A stretch of DNA of 64,000 bases from an uncultured delta proteobacterium (GTDB lineage: Bacteria > Desulfobacterota > Syntrophorhabdia > Syntrophorhabdales > WCHB1-27): positions 1 through 64,000 of the forward strand of contig CAWEPK010000008.1 of the NCBI GenBank assembly GCA_963810935.1, in the 5' to 3' direction. This document shows, in pieces, positions 11,299-21,281 of the stretch; position 1 is the stretch's first letter; each line of letters opens with the position of its first letter. The notes below the pieces were generated by a model that was given only the letters and a program-made list of their open reading frames with translations, was not told the origin of the DNA and ran no database searches. Position numbers and translations under genes: made by a program.

Positions 11299-12042
11299 AT
11301 GAAGAGAATAGCAATCCTGGTTTTTGCCGCAGTTTTCCTCTTTGCCGCTGCCGCAAGCGCGGCAGAAGTCAATGTATCGGCTGCGGCTTCCCTGCGCGAG
11401 GCGGTAAACGCCCTGACGGACAGTTTCGCGAAGCGGAACCCCGGCATCGAGTTTCGCAACAATTTCGGCGGGTCGGGTGCGCTGGCAAAACAGATCGAGA
11501 ACGGGGCGCCTGCGGACGTCTTCTTTTCCGCAAATGTCGAGTGGATGGACTACCTCAGGGGCAAGAAACTGATTGACGACAAAAGCGTCTTCACGTTCGC
11601 TTACAACGTCCTTGTCTTTGCGGGAAAGCCGGACGTGAAAGCGGAGAAGCTTCAGGACATGGTGCGGCTAAGGAAGATTGCGATAGGCAGCCCCAAGAGC
11701 GTGCCCTGCGGTGAATATACGATGCAGGCATTCAAAAACGCCGGCATCGAGAAACAGGTCGAAAACAAGCTCGTCATGTGCCGGGACGTGCGTGAATGCC
11801 TCCTTTACGCAGAACGCGGCGAGGTGGACGGCTCCTTCGTTTACAAGACCGATGTAGAGACGGCGGGGCAGAGCGTCAAGGTCCTCTTCACGGTGCCGCA
11901 GGAATATTATTCCAGGGTGACCTATCCGGCAGGGCTGACCGTGGCGGGCAGCAAGAAGGCGGAAGCCGGCGCGTTCGCCAAATTCCTCCAGTCGGCGGAG
12001 GCAAAGAAGATACTCGCGGGGCATGGTTTCGTGGTAAAGTAA
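11299..12042 (+). CDS. modA: Molybdate ABC transporter substrate-binding protein
   Basis: SAAASL, FGGSGALAKQIENGAPADVFFSAN; signal peptide; SD GGAGG. Confidence 0.95.
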   Translation: MKRIAILVFAAVFLFAAAASAAEVNVSAAASLREAVNALTDSFAKRNPGIEFRNNFGGSGALAKQIENGAPADVFFSANVEWMDYLRGKKLIDDKSVFTFAYNVLVFAGKPDVKAEKLQDMVRLRKIAIGSPKSVPCGEYTMQAFKNAGIEKQVENKLVMCRDVRECLLYAERGEVDGSFVYKTDVETAGQSVKVLFTVPQEYYSRVTYPAGLTVAGSKKAEAGAFAKFLQSAEAKKILAGHGFVVK

Positions 12043-12046
12043 CCGG

Positions 12047-12733
12047 ATGATCGGCTTCACGCCTGCCGATTATTCGGCGATCTACCTGTCTCTGAAGGTG
12101 TCGATCACGGCGACGTTGATATCGCTTCCTTTCGGTTTCGCCGTCGCCTACCTGATGACGTATCGGCGGTTCAGGGGGAGAGTGGGAGTGGACGTTGCGG
12201 TGAACCTCCCCCTGACTCTGCCTCCCGTTGTGATCGGCTACCTGCTGCTCCTTTTGCTCGGCCACCAGGGACCTATCGGTAAGTTCGTGCTCCAGCCCCT
12301 CGGCATAAAGCTGATCTTCACGTGGAAGGCCGCAGTCCTGGCCACGGCAGTGGTCGGTTTTCCGCTCATGGTCAGGTCGATACGCACGGCCATGGAAGCC
12401 ATCGACGAGCGGCTCGTCAACGTCTCGCGCCTTCTCGGGGCGCGGACCCTCGACACTATCATTACCGTAATCGTGCCCCTCTCCGTGCGCGGGATCATAG
12501 CGGGCTCCGTGCTCATGTTCGCGCGCGGACTGGGCGAATTCGGCGCGACCGTCATCGTGGCAGGCAACATCCCCGGCGTCACGCAGACAATACCACTCGC
12601 CATTTATGAATATGCAAGCTCGCCGAGGGGCGACGTCATGGCCCTGAGCCTATGCGCTGTATCCGTTACGATCTCCATTGTTGTCCTAGTTTTTCATGAG
12701 TGGCTCGGAAGGCGCGTAGTGAGGGCGGATTAG
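12047..12733 (+). CDS. modB: Molybdate ABC transporter permease
   Basis: LPLTLPPVVIGY and FARGLGEFGAT. Confidence 0.95.
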   Translation: MIGFTPADYSAIYLSLKVSITATLISLPFGFAVAYLMTYRRFRGRVGVDVAVNLPLTLPPVVIGYLLLLLLGHQGPIGKFVLQPLGIKLIFTWKAAVLATAVVGFPLMVRSIRTAMEAIDERLVNVSRLLGARTLDTIITVIVPLSVRGIIAGSVLMFARGLGEFGATVIVAGNIPGVTQTIPLAIYEYASSPRGDVMALSLCAVSVTISIVVLVFHEWLGRRVVRAD

Positions 12734-12735
12734 GT

Positions 12736-13788
12736 ATGGAGCTACGGGTAGCGGCGCAGAAACGGTTCGGCGGCTTTTTCCTCGATGTAGATTTCACCGT
12801 GCGGGGTGACCGCGTCGGTGTCTTCGGCCCATCGGGCTGCGGAAAATCGACGATGGTGGGCCTGGTCGCCGGCCTTACCGCTCCGGACAAGGGCGTGATA
12901 ATCCTCGACGGGGAGACGCTTTTCGATAGCTCGACGGGGCGCAACGTCCGGGCGGAGCAAAGGCGCATAGGCATGGTTTTCCAGCGGCCGAGCCTGTTCC
13001 CCCACCTGAGTGTGAAAGGCAATCTTATGTACGGCTACAAGAGGTGCCCGCCCGACCTTCGCAAAATCGAATTCGGCGACGTGGTGGAGGTACTGAAGAT
13101 TTCGAGCCTCCTCGATCGGGGCGTAAGGCACCTTTCGGGCGGGGAGAAACAGCGGGTGGCGCTCGGCCGGGCGGTGCTCGGTAGCCCGCGCCTGCTGCTC
13201 CTCGACGAGCCCCTGTCCGCCCTCGACGACAATCTCAAGTTCCAGATAATCCCTTTTCTGAAAAATGCCTGTGAAGCCTTTAAAATTCCGTACCTGTTTA
13301 TCTCTCATTCGTTGCTCGAGATGCGGATCATGACGGACGCCGTGCTCCATGTCGCGGAAGGCCGTGTTATCGGGCAGACAACCGCCGAGGACCTTACGCG
13401 GGCCGCCATGAGCGAGACCACAGGCTACACGAACCTACTCCGCCTGCCTGCGCCCCGCCGGCTCGACGGGCTGTATGCCTACAGTTGGGGCGGCCTGGAG
13501 CTATTCATCTCTTCCGGGAGCGATCAGCCGGAGGTGCTCTTCGAGCTTCCGGCAAGGGACATTATCCTATTCAGCGGCAAGCCCCAGGCGATCAGCGCCC
13601 GCAACCTGCTCAAGTGCAAAGTCGCGGGCGTATTCGAGGCCCGCGGCTCGGTCGGCATCGAATTGGAATGCGGAAGCGGCCGCCTGGTGGCCGAGGTGGT
13701 CAGGCAAGCCGCAGACGAGCTTGGCATAAAGCCAGGAGGCGAGCTTTATGCAGCGATCAAGGCGACGGCGTTCAGGAGGCTCGGTTAG
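12736..13788 (+). CDS. modC: Molybdate ABC transporter ATP-binding protein
   Basis: GPSGCGKST, LSGGEKQR and C-terminal TOBE/Mop (ISARNLL...IKA). Confidence 0.95.
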   Translation: MELRVAAQKRFGGFFLDVDFTVRGDRVGVFGPSGCGKSTMVGLVAGLTAPDKGVIILDGETLFDSSTGRNVRAEQRRIGMVFQRPSLFPHLSVKGNLMYGYKRCPPDLRKIEFGDVVEVLKISSLLDRGVRHLSGGEKQRVALGRAVLGSPRLLLLDEPLSALDDNLKFQIIPFLKNACEAFKIPYLFISHSLLEMRIMTDAVLHVAEGRVIGQTTAEDLTRAAMSETTGYTNLLRLPAPRRLDGLYAYSWGGLELFISSGSDQPEVLFELPARDIILFSGKPQAISARNLLKCKVAGVFEARGSVGIELECGSGRLVAEVVRQAADELGIKPGGELYAAIKATAFRRLG

Positions 13789-13829
13789 CAAGACGATAAA
13801 CATAGAACCGATAGGGTCATCCGCTCCCC

Positions 13830-14750
13830 TCATCCCCGCCAACGCAGGAGCCGTTTTTCCGCCCGGTCCAGACAGAATATTATCCCGGTCACAACAAAGC
13901 CGATAAAGATGATGCCGGCGATGACCCGTTTGTAATCTGCGAAGTCGGAGAAGTATTTCACGTACCAGCCCAGGCCCGATGTGGCGCCTATCATCTCAGC
14001 TGCCGTCAGCAAAATGAATGACAGAACGAGTCCTATGTTTGCCCCGGCAATGATGGACGGCAGGCAGGCGGGCAGGATCACGCGGAAGAGCATGGTTCGT
14101 TCCCCTACGTTCAGGGCCCGAGCCGAGTCTATGATCCGCCGGTCCACGGTGAACACGCCGTTCAGGGTGTTGATAAAGACCGGCCAGAAGGCGCCTATGA
14201 AGATAATGAACATGGAAGACAGCATAAACGTCGGGAAGACAGCAATGGCGTAAGGGATATAAACGATGGGAGGGATCGGTCCCAGGATCCTAGTCAGTGG
14301 GGTGACGGCCCTGTGCAGGCGCTTGTGCCAACCGATGACGAGGGCCAGCGGTATGGCGGCCGCCAAAGCCGCCACGTACCCCGCCAACAGAAGCCTGAGC
14401 GAGCTTGCAAGCCCCTTCGCCAGCTCACCCGCGTCCCCTGCCATGAGTATCATGATCTGATTGGGGGTCGGGTAGAGTATACGATCGAGAAGGTCGAGCC
14501 TGGTGGTCGCCATCTCCCAGGCGAGGAGGGATAGGTATAAAATGGCCGTCAGGTCGCCCGCGGTCTGTATTCCGGAGTAGCTATGACCTGCAACAAGGAA
14601 GACGACATATAAAGACTCCACTGCGAGGACGAACCAAAGCAGTTGGGTGCCCGCTGCTCCCGGACGTCCCGTGGGCATGAACAAGAGCACGGCTGCGAAA
14701 ATGAGAAAAAGAAAGTTTGCCGGTGACAGGAACCGTCTGGCGACGTCCAT
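13830..14750 (-). CDS. ABC transporter permease (SsuC/TauC-like)
   Basis: PIPPIVYIP, EAA-like loop and AAEMIGATSGLG. Confidence 0.9.
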   Translation of the reverse strand: MDVARRFLSPANFLFLIFAAVLLFMPTGRPGAAGTQLLWFVLAVESLYVVFLVAGHSYSGIQTAGDLTAILYLSLLAWEMATTRLDLLDRILYPTPNQIMILMAGDAGELAKGLASSLRLLLAGYVAALAAAIPLALVIGWHKRLHRAVTPLTRILGPIPPIVYIPYAIAVFPTFMLSSMFIIFIGAFWPVFINTLNGVFTVDRRIIDSARALNVGERTMLFRVILPACLPSIIAGANIGLVLSFILLTAAEMIGATSGLGWYVKYFSDFADYKRVIAGIIFIGFVVTGIIFCLDRAEKRLLRWRG

Positions 14751-14756
14751 ATCTTA

Positions 14757-15656
14757 TTACCTCTTTGCTATCCTTTCCGATCCTGCGCCGGCGTCGGCAA
14801 GGAATAGCTCTTCATCCTCATGGAAGAGATCGAGTACTTCATTGCGTAGATGCACGTACGCATCTTGCTTCATGATGGCCGTCCTGCGGCGAGGACGCTC
14901 GAAAGGGACGGTAAACTCCCTAAGCACCGACCCGTAGCGGGCCGACATGACCACGACCCGGTCAGCCATAAGGATCGCCTCGTCCAAATCATGGGTAATG
15001 AAAACAACTGTTTTTCGCGTGTTGCCTTCATCGCGGAGATGTAATAACAGTTCTTGCAGGGCCACCCTGTTCCTGGTGTCGACTGCGCTGAAAGGCTCGT
15101 CCATAAGCAGGATATCCGGGGACATTGCGAAGGCCCGCGCGATAGCGACCCGTTGCTGCATACCGCCCGACAACTGCAAAGGGAATTTGTCGCCCAGCCC
15201 CGCGAGGCCGACCATCTCCAGATAACGGTCGGCATGGTCTTTCAGCTCGCGCGCACTTGCGCCGGGACGGACTTGCCTGAGACCGAAGGTAATGTTGGTC
15301 CGGGCGCTCATCCAGGGGAAAAGGGAGTAATGCTGGAAGACGATTCCCCTCTCAATCCCGGGGCCGGTCACCTCCTTTCCGTCAAGGAGGATCGTCCCGC
15401 CGGTCGGCCGTATGAGGCCGACCAGGAGAAACAGGAGCGTGCTTTTGCCGCAGCCCGAAGGTCCGACTATGCTTACGAACTCCCCGGTGCCGACAGAGAG
15501 GGACATACCGTTCAGTACGGGTACGCTCTCGGGTCCCGTGCCATAAGCGAAAGAAACGTCCTGCAAAGCCAGCTTATTGATGACACATCCTTTGTCCATG
15601 CCTGAAAACCCTTTACATGGTATCGGGCGACGTCCGCTTGCGAATCCGGCGGACAT
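14757..15656 (-). CDS. ABC transporter ATP-binding protein (SsuB/TauB-like)
   Basis: GPSGCGKST, LSGGMQQR, LLMDEPF and FITHD. Confidence 0.9.
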   Translation of the reverse strand: MSAGFASGRRPIPCKGFSGMDKGCVINKLALQDVSFAYGTGPESVPVLNGMSLSVGTGEFVSIVGPSGCGKSTLLFLLVGLIRPTGGTILLDGKEVTGPGIERGIVFQHYSLFPWMSARTNITFGLRQVRPGASARELKDHADRYLEMVGLAGLGDKFPLQLSGGMQQRVAIARAFAMSPDILLMDEPFSAVDTRNRVALQELLLHLRDEGNTRKTVVFITHDLDEAILMADRVVVMSARYGSVLREFTVPFERPRRRTAIMKQDAYVHLRNEVLDLFHEDEELFLADAGAGSERIAKR

Positions 15657-15673
15657 CGCCTCCCTTCGGCCCT

Positions 15674-16704
15674 CTAAGCGTTACGCAGCTTATATTCCTT
15701 CGCTAGTCGCTGATAGACAGGGTCTTTAGGCGCTTCTTTGAGAATGGAGTCGAGCGCTTTCTTGTAGAGGTCCGTATTCAGGTGCTTGTCGATGTCTACG
15801 TTCGTGCCCGGCTCTATATAGCCGACTTTGCGCATGTTCTCCCAGAAGTGCACGGACCCTTTCCTTCCGGGGTCCGGGTGGCTATCGCAATGGCCGCCGT
15901 AAGTTTCCTCCATGAGGACGTCCTTGTCGACCTTTACATACTTCGCGATGATATCGACCGTCTCTTCTTTTCTCGTCTGGTAGAAGCGGTATGCCTTGAT
16001 GAGGGCCCGCAGGAAATGGACGTAGTCATCAGGTTTCTCGCTCAGCCTGCCGGTGAGGGCCACCTGGCGGCAGCAGGAATGGTCCTTCTCCACCGTGTCC
16101 GTGTAGAGCGCCGTCTTTAGGCCCATCTTCTCGCAATTTTTCAAATGGGGCGACCAGACCATGCCTGCGTCCACCGTCCCTTTCTTTACCGCTTCGAGGA
16201 CGGCGCCGGGCGATTCGAGTTCCAGCAGGGTCATATCCTTCTTCCAATCGACCCCTGCCCGCCGCAGGGCTGCCCGGAAGACGACGTCGGCCGTGGAGAG
16301 CCGGACGGTGGCGATCCTCTTGCCTTTGAAGTTTTTCAGGCTCTTGAATTCGTTTACGCGGTCCGCCTTCGTCACCAGCCCGCTGCCTCCGTTCTCCATC
16401 TGCCCGCCGAACATGGTGAATGGGCTCCCGTTTGCGATGAACTTGAGGGGGGCGGTCGTGCCGAAAGTCCCTGCGTCAAGCCTGCCCGCGAGAATGGCGT
16501 TCATGCCCTCGCCCGAGTTGTTGAACAGGAACAGTGTGACGTCGAGTCCCTCCTCCTCGAAGAAGCCTTTCTCCTTGGCCACGAAATAGAGTACGTGGCC
16601 GGGGCTCGCCAGGTATCCCGCGTTGAACCTCTTGAGCTCTTGGCCCAGGCGGGCGCCGCAGACAGAACGGCGCCGATCAATGCCATCACTATAAATCTTT
16701 TCAT
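15674..16704 (-). CDS. ABC substrate-binding protein (SsuA/NMT1-like) with a Cys-Cys motif; apparent 1-nt deletion near 16642
   Basis: Signal peptide MKRFIVMALIGAVLSAAPAWA lies in a different frame from ELKRFNAGYLASPGH...AKEKGFF; HSCCRQ motif. Confidence 0.85.
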
Positions 16705-16765
16705 AACCTTGATCCTCCTTGCTGTATTCAAACGATCCGGCTACGCCAACCGTTTGGCGTATTCC

Positions 16766-17788
16766 CTAATTCCCCTTTACGGCGGCTGTCATCGCCTTGA
16801 TATGCGCTATGGGAGTAGAAGTGCTCAGGCCGCACGCGGGGGAGATTATATCCACATCGTCCCGAACCAGTTTCCTTGCCGTCTTTGCGATCTTGCCGGC
16901 AGGGCCGAATTCCAAAAGGTACGTGCTGACGTTCCCCATCGTTGTCAGTCGCGGGTATGTCTGCTTCAAGCCGCGCAGGCTCACCATGGCATCTGTACTG
17001 ACTGCATCGGCTCCTATCGCGGGGATAAGATGCGCGACAGCCTTCATGTCCCCGCAGATATGAACTATGACGGGCGTGTCTGCATCACGTACGGCTTGCA
17101 CGATCTTTTTCAGATACCTGACCGCGTACTCTTCAAAGGTCTTCGGCCCGAGTATCTCTCCTGAGGCGGTAGGGTCGGCTATGCAGACGGCGTCCGCTCC
17201 GCTCTCGACAAGCGACCTCGCATACGCGATCAGGAAGCGGCTTACGTGGTCGATTATCCGGTGCGAGTTTTCCCTGTCCTTCCTCAGCTCCTTAAGGAAC
17301 GCGGAAGGGTCCACCAGTGAGGCGGCGGCCGTGACCGGCCCCGTGATGTTCCCGATGACGGGGATATCCGGATATCTGCGGGACAGGATGCCCGCCGCCC
17401 GGACGACCGTACGAATGCGACTTGAATTCAGCAGATCGTTAATATCCTTGCACACCACTTTCGAGACGGAGGGAAATTTTTCTTTCGCGACCTTCGGCTC
17501 GCAGGTGAGGCTGCCGTAATCGATTTCGCTCCCCATGGCCTGCGCCTCGGCGGTGACGTCGAAAGGAACACCCAGGTTCTCGAAGCCCGTCTGCTCGTGT
17601 ACATCGTAGGCAAGCTCCGCCATGAGCGTGCTGTCAGTGTGGGCTTCGGGCAAACGGTGGCCCGTCTTTCTCATGATGTCCACCACGGCAGCGTTCATCA
17701 TGCCGCCGGCGCAGATTACGGGCGGCCGGTCCGGTGTTTTCTTCGCCAGGACCGCCATCAACCGCTCTTTGGGGTTCAATGCAGCCAT
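16766..17788 (-). CDS. MtaA/CmuA-type methylcobamide methyltransferase (UroD family)
   Basis: VHICG and SPACGL Zn ligands; GPVTAA. Confidence 0.85.
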   Translation of the reverse strand: MAALNPKERLMAVLAKKTPDRPPVICAGGMMNAAVVDIMRKTGHRLPEAHTDSTLMAELAYDVHEQTGFENLGVPFDVTAEAQAMGSEIDYGSLTCEPKVAKEKFPSVSKVVCKDINDLLNSSRIRTVVRAAGILSRRYPDIPVIGNITGPVTAAASLVDPSAFLKELRKDRENSHRIIDHVSRFLIAYARSLVESGADAVCIADPTASGEILGPKTFEEYAVRYLKKIVQAVRDADTPVIVHICGDMKAVAHLIPAIGADAVSTDAMVSLRGLKQTYPRLTTMGNVSTYLLEFGPAGKIAKTARKLVRDDVDIISPACGLSTSTPIAHIKAMTAAVKGN

Positions 17789-17790
17789 GA

Positions 17791-18858
17791 TTATTTTTTT
17801 GCCACCAGCGGCGAATGCGCCGGGTCTCCACCTATCTCCGCGGCCGTATCGAGCATGGCCCGTATGTTCTCGAAAGGGGTGTCGATAGGCAGGCTGCAGC
17901 CGGAACAGATCACATAGCCCTTGGGGTTGTCATGGGCCTGCCTGACGCATTGGATAGTCGCTTTGCGCACGTCTTTCGGCGTCCCCGCGTACATCACGCC
18001 GGAAGGGTCAACGTTCCCCGTAATGCGCACCCTGTCGCCCACCCGCTCCTTGCACTCGGAAAGGCTCGCGACGTTATCGATGCTGAGGCAGTCCGCCCCT
18101 GTGTCGGCCATCCCCTCCCAAATCTTGTCCGTCTTGCCGCATATATGGAGCGTGACCGGTTTGCCCCTGGAGTGTACATGGGCGATGAGCCGCTTAAGGT
18201 ACGGGAATGAATACTCCATGAAATGTTTGGGACTGACGATGGTGGTGGACGACATGGGCTCGGAAACGGTCGGCGTTAGCCCTATATCGATAAAGGCGTC
18301 GGCGTACCGGACGGCCGTCTCAAAAGAAACGGCGCACAGCTTGTGCACCGCTTCGGGGTCTCTGGCTAGGAGCCTTGACAGTTTCTCGACGCCGATCAGG
18401 AAAAACGCGTTCGTGAATGGACCGACGACGCCGCCCGAGCAAGACACTTCCGCCCCCAGTGCATCGATGACTATTTTGGCGGCTTCGAGGTGGGAAGGAA
18501 GGCGGCCGTCATGGTATGGGTCTGCCGGCTGAATGTCGTCTATCCCGGCGAGGTCGGTTATGGCGGGCGCTTCCAGGTCGGCCGTGTCGTCTACCGGATA
18601 GCAGACCTTTGCCCCCATGGCCTCCGCCTGGACGTAAAGGTCCGTAAAGGGCCTGACGCCGTCGTATGCGAACATGCGGTAAGCGGCGATGTGGGCTTGT
18701 GCGATCAGTTGTCCGTTGTTCCTGAACTCGGACACCTTACAGCCGATAACCCTTGCTGCGCCGTTCGCGATATTCGGGTTGCAAGGCAGGCGGTCTATCC
18801 TTTCCCCTTTGTTGTAAGCGATCATCCGCTCAAGCGAAGTTATACGGTCTCTATCCAT
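17791..18858 (-). CDS. Second UroD/MtaA-family methyltransferase
   Basis: GPFT, LHICG, GNVDP and CSGCSLP. Confidence 0.85.
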   Translation of the reverse strand: MDRDRITSLERMIAYNKGERIDRLPCNPNIANGAARVIGCKVSEFRNNGQLIAQAHIAAYRMFAYDGVRPFTDLYVQAEAMGAKVCYPVDDTADLEAPAITDLAGIDDIQPADPYHDGRLPSHLEAAKIVIDALGAEVSCSGGVVGPFTNAFFLIGVEKLSRLLARDPEAVHKLCAVSFETAVRYADAFIDIGLTPTVSEPMSSTTIVSPKHFMEYSFPYLKRLIAHVHSRGKPVTLHICGKTDKIWEGMADTGADCLSIDNVASLSECKERVGDRVRITGNVDPSGVMYAGTPKDVRKATIQCVRQAHDNPKGYVICSGCSLPIDTPFENIRAMLDTAAEIGGDPAHSPLVAKK

Positions 18859-19513
18859 TGTCCAAGCCTCCTGTCAGCTTACGGGCCAGCTTCGCCGCGA
18901 GCGATGCGTTTGCGGCATAGCCGTTCGCGCCTATCCGCTCAGCGAATCCTTTCGAGATGGGCCCGCCGCCGACCATCACCCTGACCCGGTCTTTCATGTT
19001 GCCTTTTTTCAGAAGCGCCACGACTTCTTTCATCCCGTTCATCGTAGTCGTCATCAGCGTGGAGAGGGCGATGATCCGTGCGTCCGTCTCTTTCGCCTTT
19101 TCGATAAACGCCCTGGGGGAAACGTCCCTCCCGAGATCGACGACATCGAAGCCTGATGTCTCCAGCATGATCTTCACGAGGTTCTTGCCTATGTCGTGGG
19201 TATCACCTTCAACCACGCCGATGACGACCTTTACCTTGGTCCCGCCGTCATCAACGGGCAGGTGCGACTTGAGGACATCGAGGCCGGCGTACATGGCGTC
19301 GGAGCAAAGCAAGAGCTCCGGTATAAAGTATTCCTCCGCTTCATAGAGCTTACCGGCCCTGTTCATTCCGTCGGATAGACCCTTGTTGATTGCCCGATAG
19401 GCGTCGAGTTTGCCATCTGCCACCGCTCTCGATATTCTCACGGTTTCTTCTTCATCCATATCGAGAACGGCGTCCGAAAGGGATTTATATAAACGTTCTT
19501 TTAGTATTGCCAT
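18851..19513 (-). CDS. Methyltransferase-cognate corrinoid protein
   Basis: GDTHDIGKNLV, STLMTTTM and MVGGGP B12-binding motifs. Confidence 0.92.
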   Translation of the reverse strand: MAILKERLYKSLSDAVLDMDEEETVRISRAVADGKLDAYRAINKGLSDGMNRAGKLYEAEEYFIPELLLCSDAMYAGLDVLKSHLPVDDGGTKVKVVIGVVEGDTHDIGKNLVKIMLETSGFDVVDLGRDVSPRAFIEKAKETDARIIALSTLMTTTMNGMKEVVALLKKGNMKDRVRVMVGGGPISKGFAERIGANGYAANASLAAKLARKLTGGLDNG

Positions 19514-19691
19514 TTATCTTATCTCACAATGTTTTTGTAAACCCCGGATAGTTCCTTTCGCACCTCTTTATGGTGCGGTGTTCCGGCCGTGGCTGAGCAT
19601 CCGCCTTTCCGCAAAGAAAGGCTTCTTCAGCGCTATAGCCGATGTTGGATGAGTTTACGAAAGGAGGAATAAGGTGGGGGGGAAGATCAAG

Positions 19692-19817
19692 CTAGAGGGG
19701 AACGACCGGACGATGAGACACCTCTCCCTCCTTCCGTGACATTTTAAGGCCTACCCTAGGCCTTTCGCGGCCATACGCGACCGCTCACGTGAGAGAAAAG
19801 GGCGCCTGACGAGGCAT
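19692..19817 (-). CDS. Putative selenocysteine leader peptide A (MPRQAPFSLT-U-AVAYGRERPRVGLKMSRKEGEVSHRPVVPL)
   Basis: SD AAAGGAGGTGA; ATG 19817; in-frame TGA 19787-19785; hairpins follow; TAG 19694-19692. Confidence 0.65.
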
Positions 19818-19856
19818 GGTCTCACCTCCTTTACCTTTCAAGTCGAATCGTCCGTA

Positions 19857-19885
19857 ATGCTAAATTAAATATTTCCGTATGTCAA
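19857..19885 (-). promoter_or_regulatory. sigma70 promoter for leader A and the corrinoid operon
   Basis: TTGACA-N17-TAGCAT on the minus strand. Confidence 0.75.
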
Positions 19886-19911
19886 ACGTAATCAAGGCGT
19901 GCGAAAGGTAT

Positions 19912-19941
19912 TTGACTTGCGGACAGGTTCGGGTATAGAGT
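19912..19941 (+). promoter_or_regulatory. sigma70 promoter for leader B and selD
   Basis: TTGACT-N16-TATAGA (or N18-TAGAGT). Confidence 0.55.
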
Positions 19942-19990
19942 TAAGCAGCAACGCGCACTCGCAAGTAAAAATAAACAGTAAAGGTGTGCA

Positions 19991-20095
19991 ATGTTCAAGA
20001 TTTGCGCGTGAATTGAAACAGGGGCGCCGGGTGGCGCGCTTGGCTTCGCCTCCATACGTCGGGTAATGGAGCAGTCTCTCCTCGCGGTCGTTTAA
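19991..20095 (+). CDS. Putative selenocysteine leader peptide B (MFKICA-U-IETGAPGGALGFASIRRVMEQSLLAVV)
   Basis: SD AAAGGTG; ATG 19991; TGA 20009-20011; SECIS-like GCGCC-GGGT-GGCGC with the loop starting at +18; TAA 20093-20095. Confidence 0.65.
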
Positions 20096-20114
20096 CCTTC
20101 CAGGGCTTCTCCTT

Positions 20115-20144
20115 GCGGCCGGCGCATGCCGGCCGTTGTTATTT
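20115..20144 (+). terminator. Attenuator-type terminator in the selD leader
   Basis: GCGGCCGGC-GCAT-GCCGGCCGT followed by TGTTATTT. Confidence 0.6.
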
Positions 20145-20191
20145 GTCCGTCTCAATATAGCAAGGGGCAAAATTCGTTAAAGGAGAGGCAC

Positions 20192-21217
20192 ATGGAAACA
20201 GCACTTACGCAGCACGCCCGTTTCGGGGGGTGCGGGGCGAAGATCGGCCCCGGCGACCTTTCGAACATACTCTGCGGGATCGACATCCCCGAGGACGCCA
20301 ACGTAATCGTCGGTCTCAAAGGCTTCGAGGACGCAGGCGTCTACCGCATCACCGATGAATTGGCCGTCGTCCAGACAGTCGATTTTTTCACGCCTGTCGT
20401 GAACGACCCGTACACGTTCGGCAGGATCGCGGCGGCCAATGCCCTTTCGGACATCTACGCAATGGGCGCGAATCCGGTGACTGCCCTCAACCTCGTTTGT
20501 TTCCCGCCAAAGAAGCTCGATATAAGCATACTGCGCGATATCCTGCGCGGGGGCATCGACAAGGTAAGGGAAGCGGGGGCGAGCCTGCTGGGCGGCCACA
20601 GCGTAGATGACGATGAGGTCAAGTACGGCCTGTCCGTGACGGGCCTTGTACATCCCGACAGGATCGTGAGGAACGAGGGCGCCGGGCCGGGCGACCTGCT
20701 CGTCCTCACGAAGCCGCTGGGTACGGGTATCCTCATAAGCGCCATGAAAGGAAATCAGGTGTCTCCGGAGACGGAGGCGCAGGTGTCGTCCGTCATGGCG
20801 ACGCTTAACAGGCAGGCATCCAAGGCGATGCTCGCAGCGGGCGCCCATGCTGCTACGGACGTGACGGGCTTCGGCCTTGCGGGCCATCTCAAGGAGATGA
20901 TAAAGGAGGACATCGGCGCGGAAATTGACGCCGCAATGCTGCCTTATTTTCCCGAGGCGGAGGGCCTTGCAGCCGCCGGGTTCCTCCCGAGCGGCTTCTA
21001 CAGGAACAGGGATTTTTACTCGCCGTCCGTGGAGTCGGAGGTGGACGGCTTCTTGTTCGACCTGATATTCGACCCCCAGTCATCGGGCGGGCTTCTCATC
21101 GCCCTCGGGGAGGGCGATATGGAGGCTTTCGACAGGGAGGCGAAAGGCCGCTCCGTGGATTACCGGGTGATAGGCCGCTTCACGGACGGGCCGAAAGGGA
21201 AGATACACGTCGCCTGA
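20192..21217 (+). CDS. selD: Selenide, water dikinase (selenophosphate synthetase), Cys form
   Basis: GGCGAKIG (TGC codon), QTVDFFTPVV, AANALSDIYAMG, TDVTGFGLAGHL and DPQSSGGLL. Confidence 0.95.
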   Translation: METALTQHARFGGCGAKIGPGDLSNILCGIDIPEDANVIVGLKGFEDAGVYRITDELAVVQTVDFFTPVVNDPYTFGRIAAANALSDIYAMGANPVTALNLVCFPPKKLDISILRDILRGGIDKVREAGASLLGGHSVDDDEVKYGLSVTGLVHPDRIVRNEGAGPGDLLVLTKPLGTGILISAMKGNQVSPETEAQVSSVMATLNRQASKAMLAAGAHAATDVTGFGLAGHLKEMIKEDIGAEIDAAMLPYFPEAEGLAAAGFLPSGFYRNRDFYSPSVESEVDGFLFDLIFDPQSSGGLLIALGEGDMEAFDREAKGRSVDYRVIGRFTDGPKGKIHVA

Positions 21218-21281
21218 ACGCCTTACGGCCCTTACGCAGAGAGTTGCGGGGAACCGACAAGTTGAAGGAGGAGAAGAGAAG

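Noticed and set aside
19514..19690. Cobalamin riboswitch upstream of the corrinoid gene
   Set aside because: No recognisable B12-box or conserved core seen by eye; an Rfam scan would settle it.
20231..20262. Relic SECIS after the SelD Cys codon
   Set aside because: No convincing stem in the +11 to +17 register.
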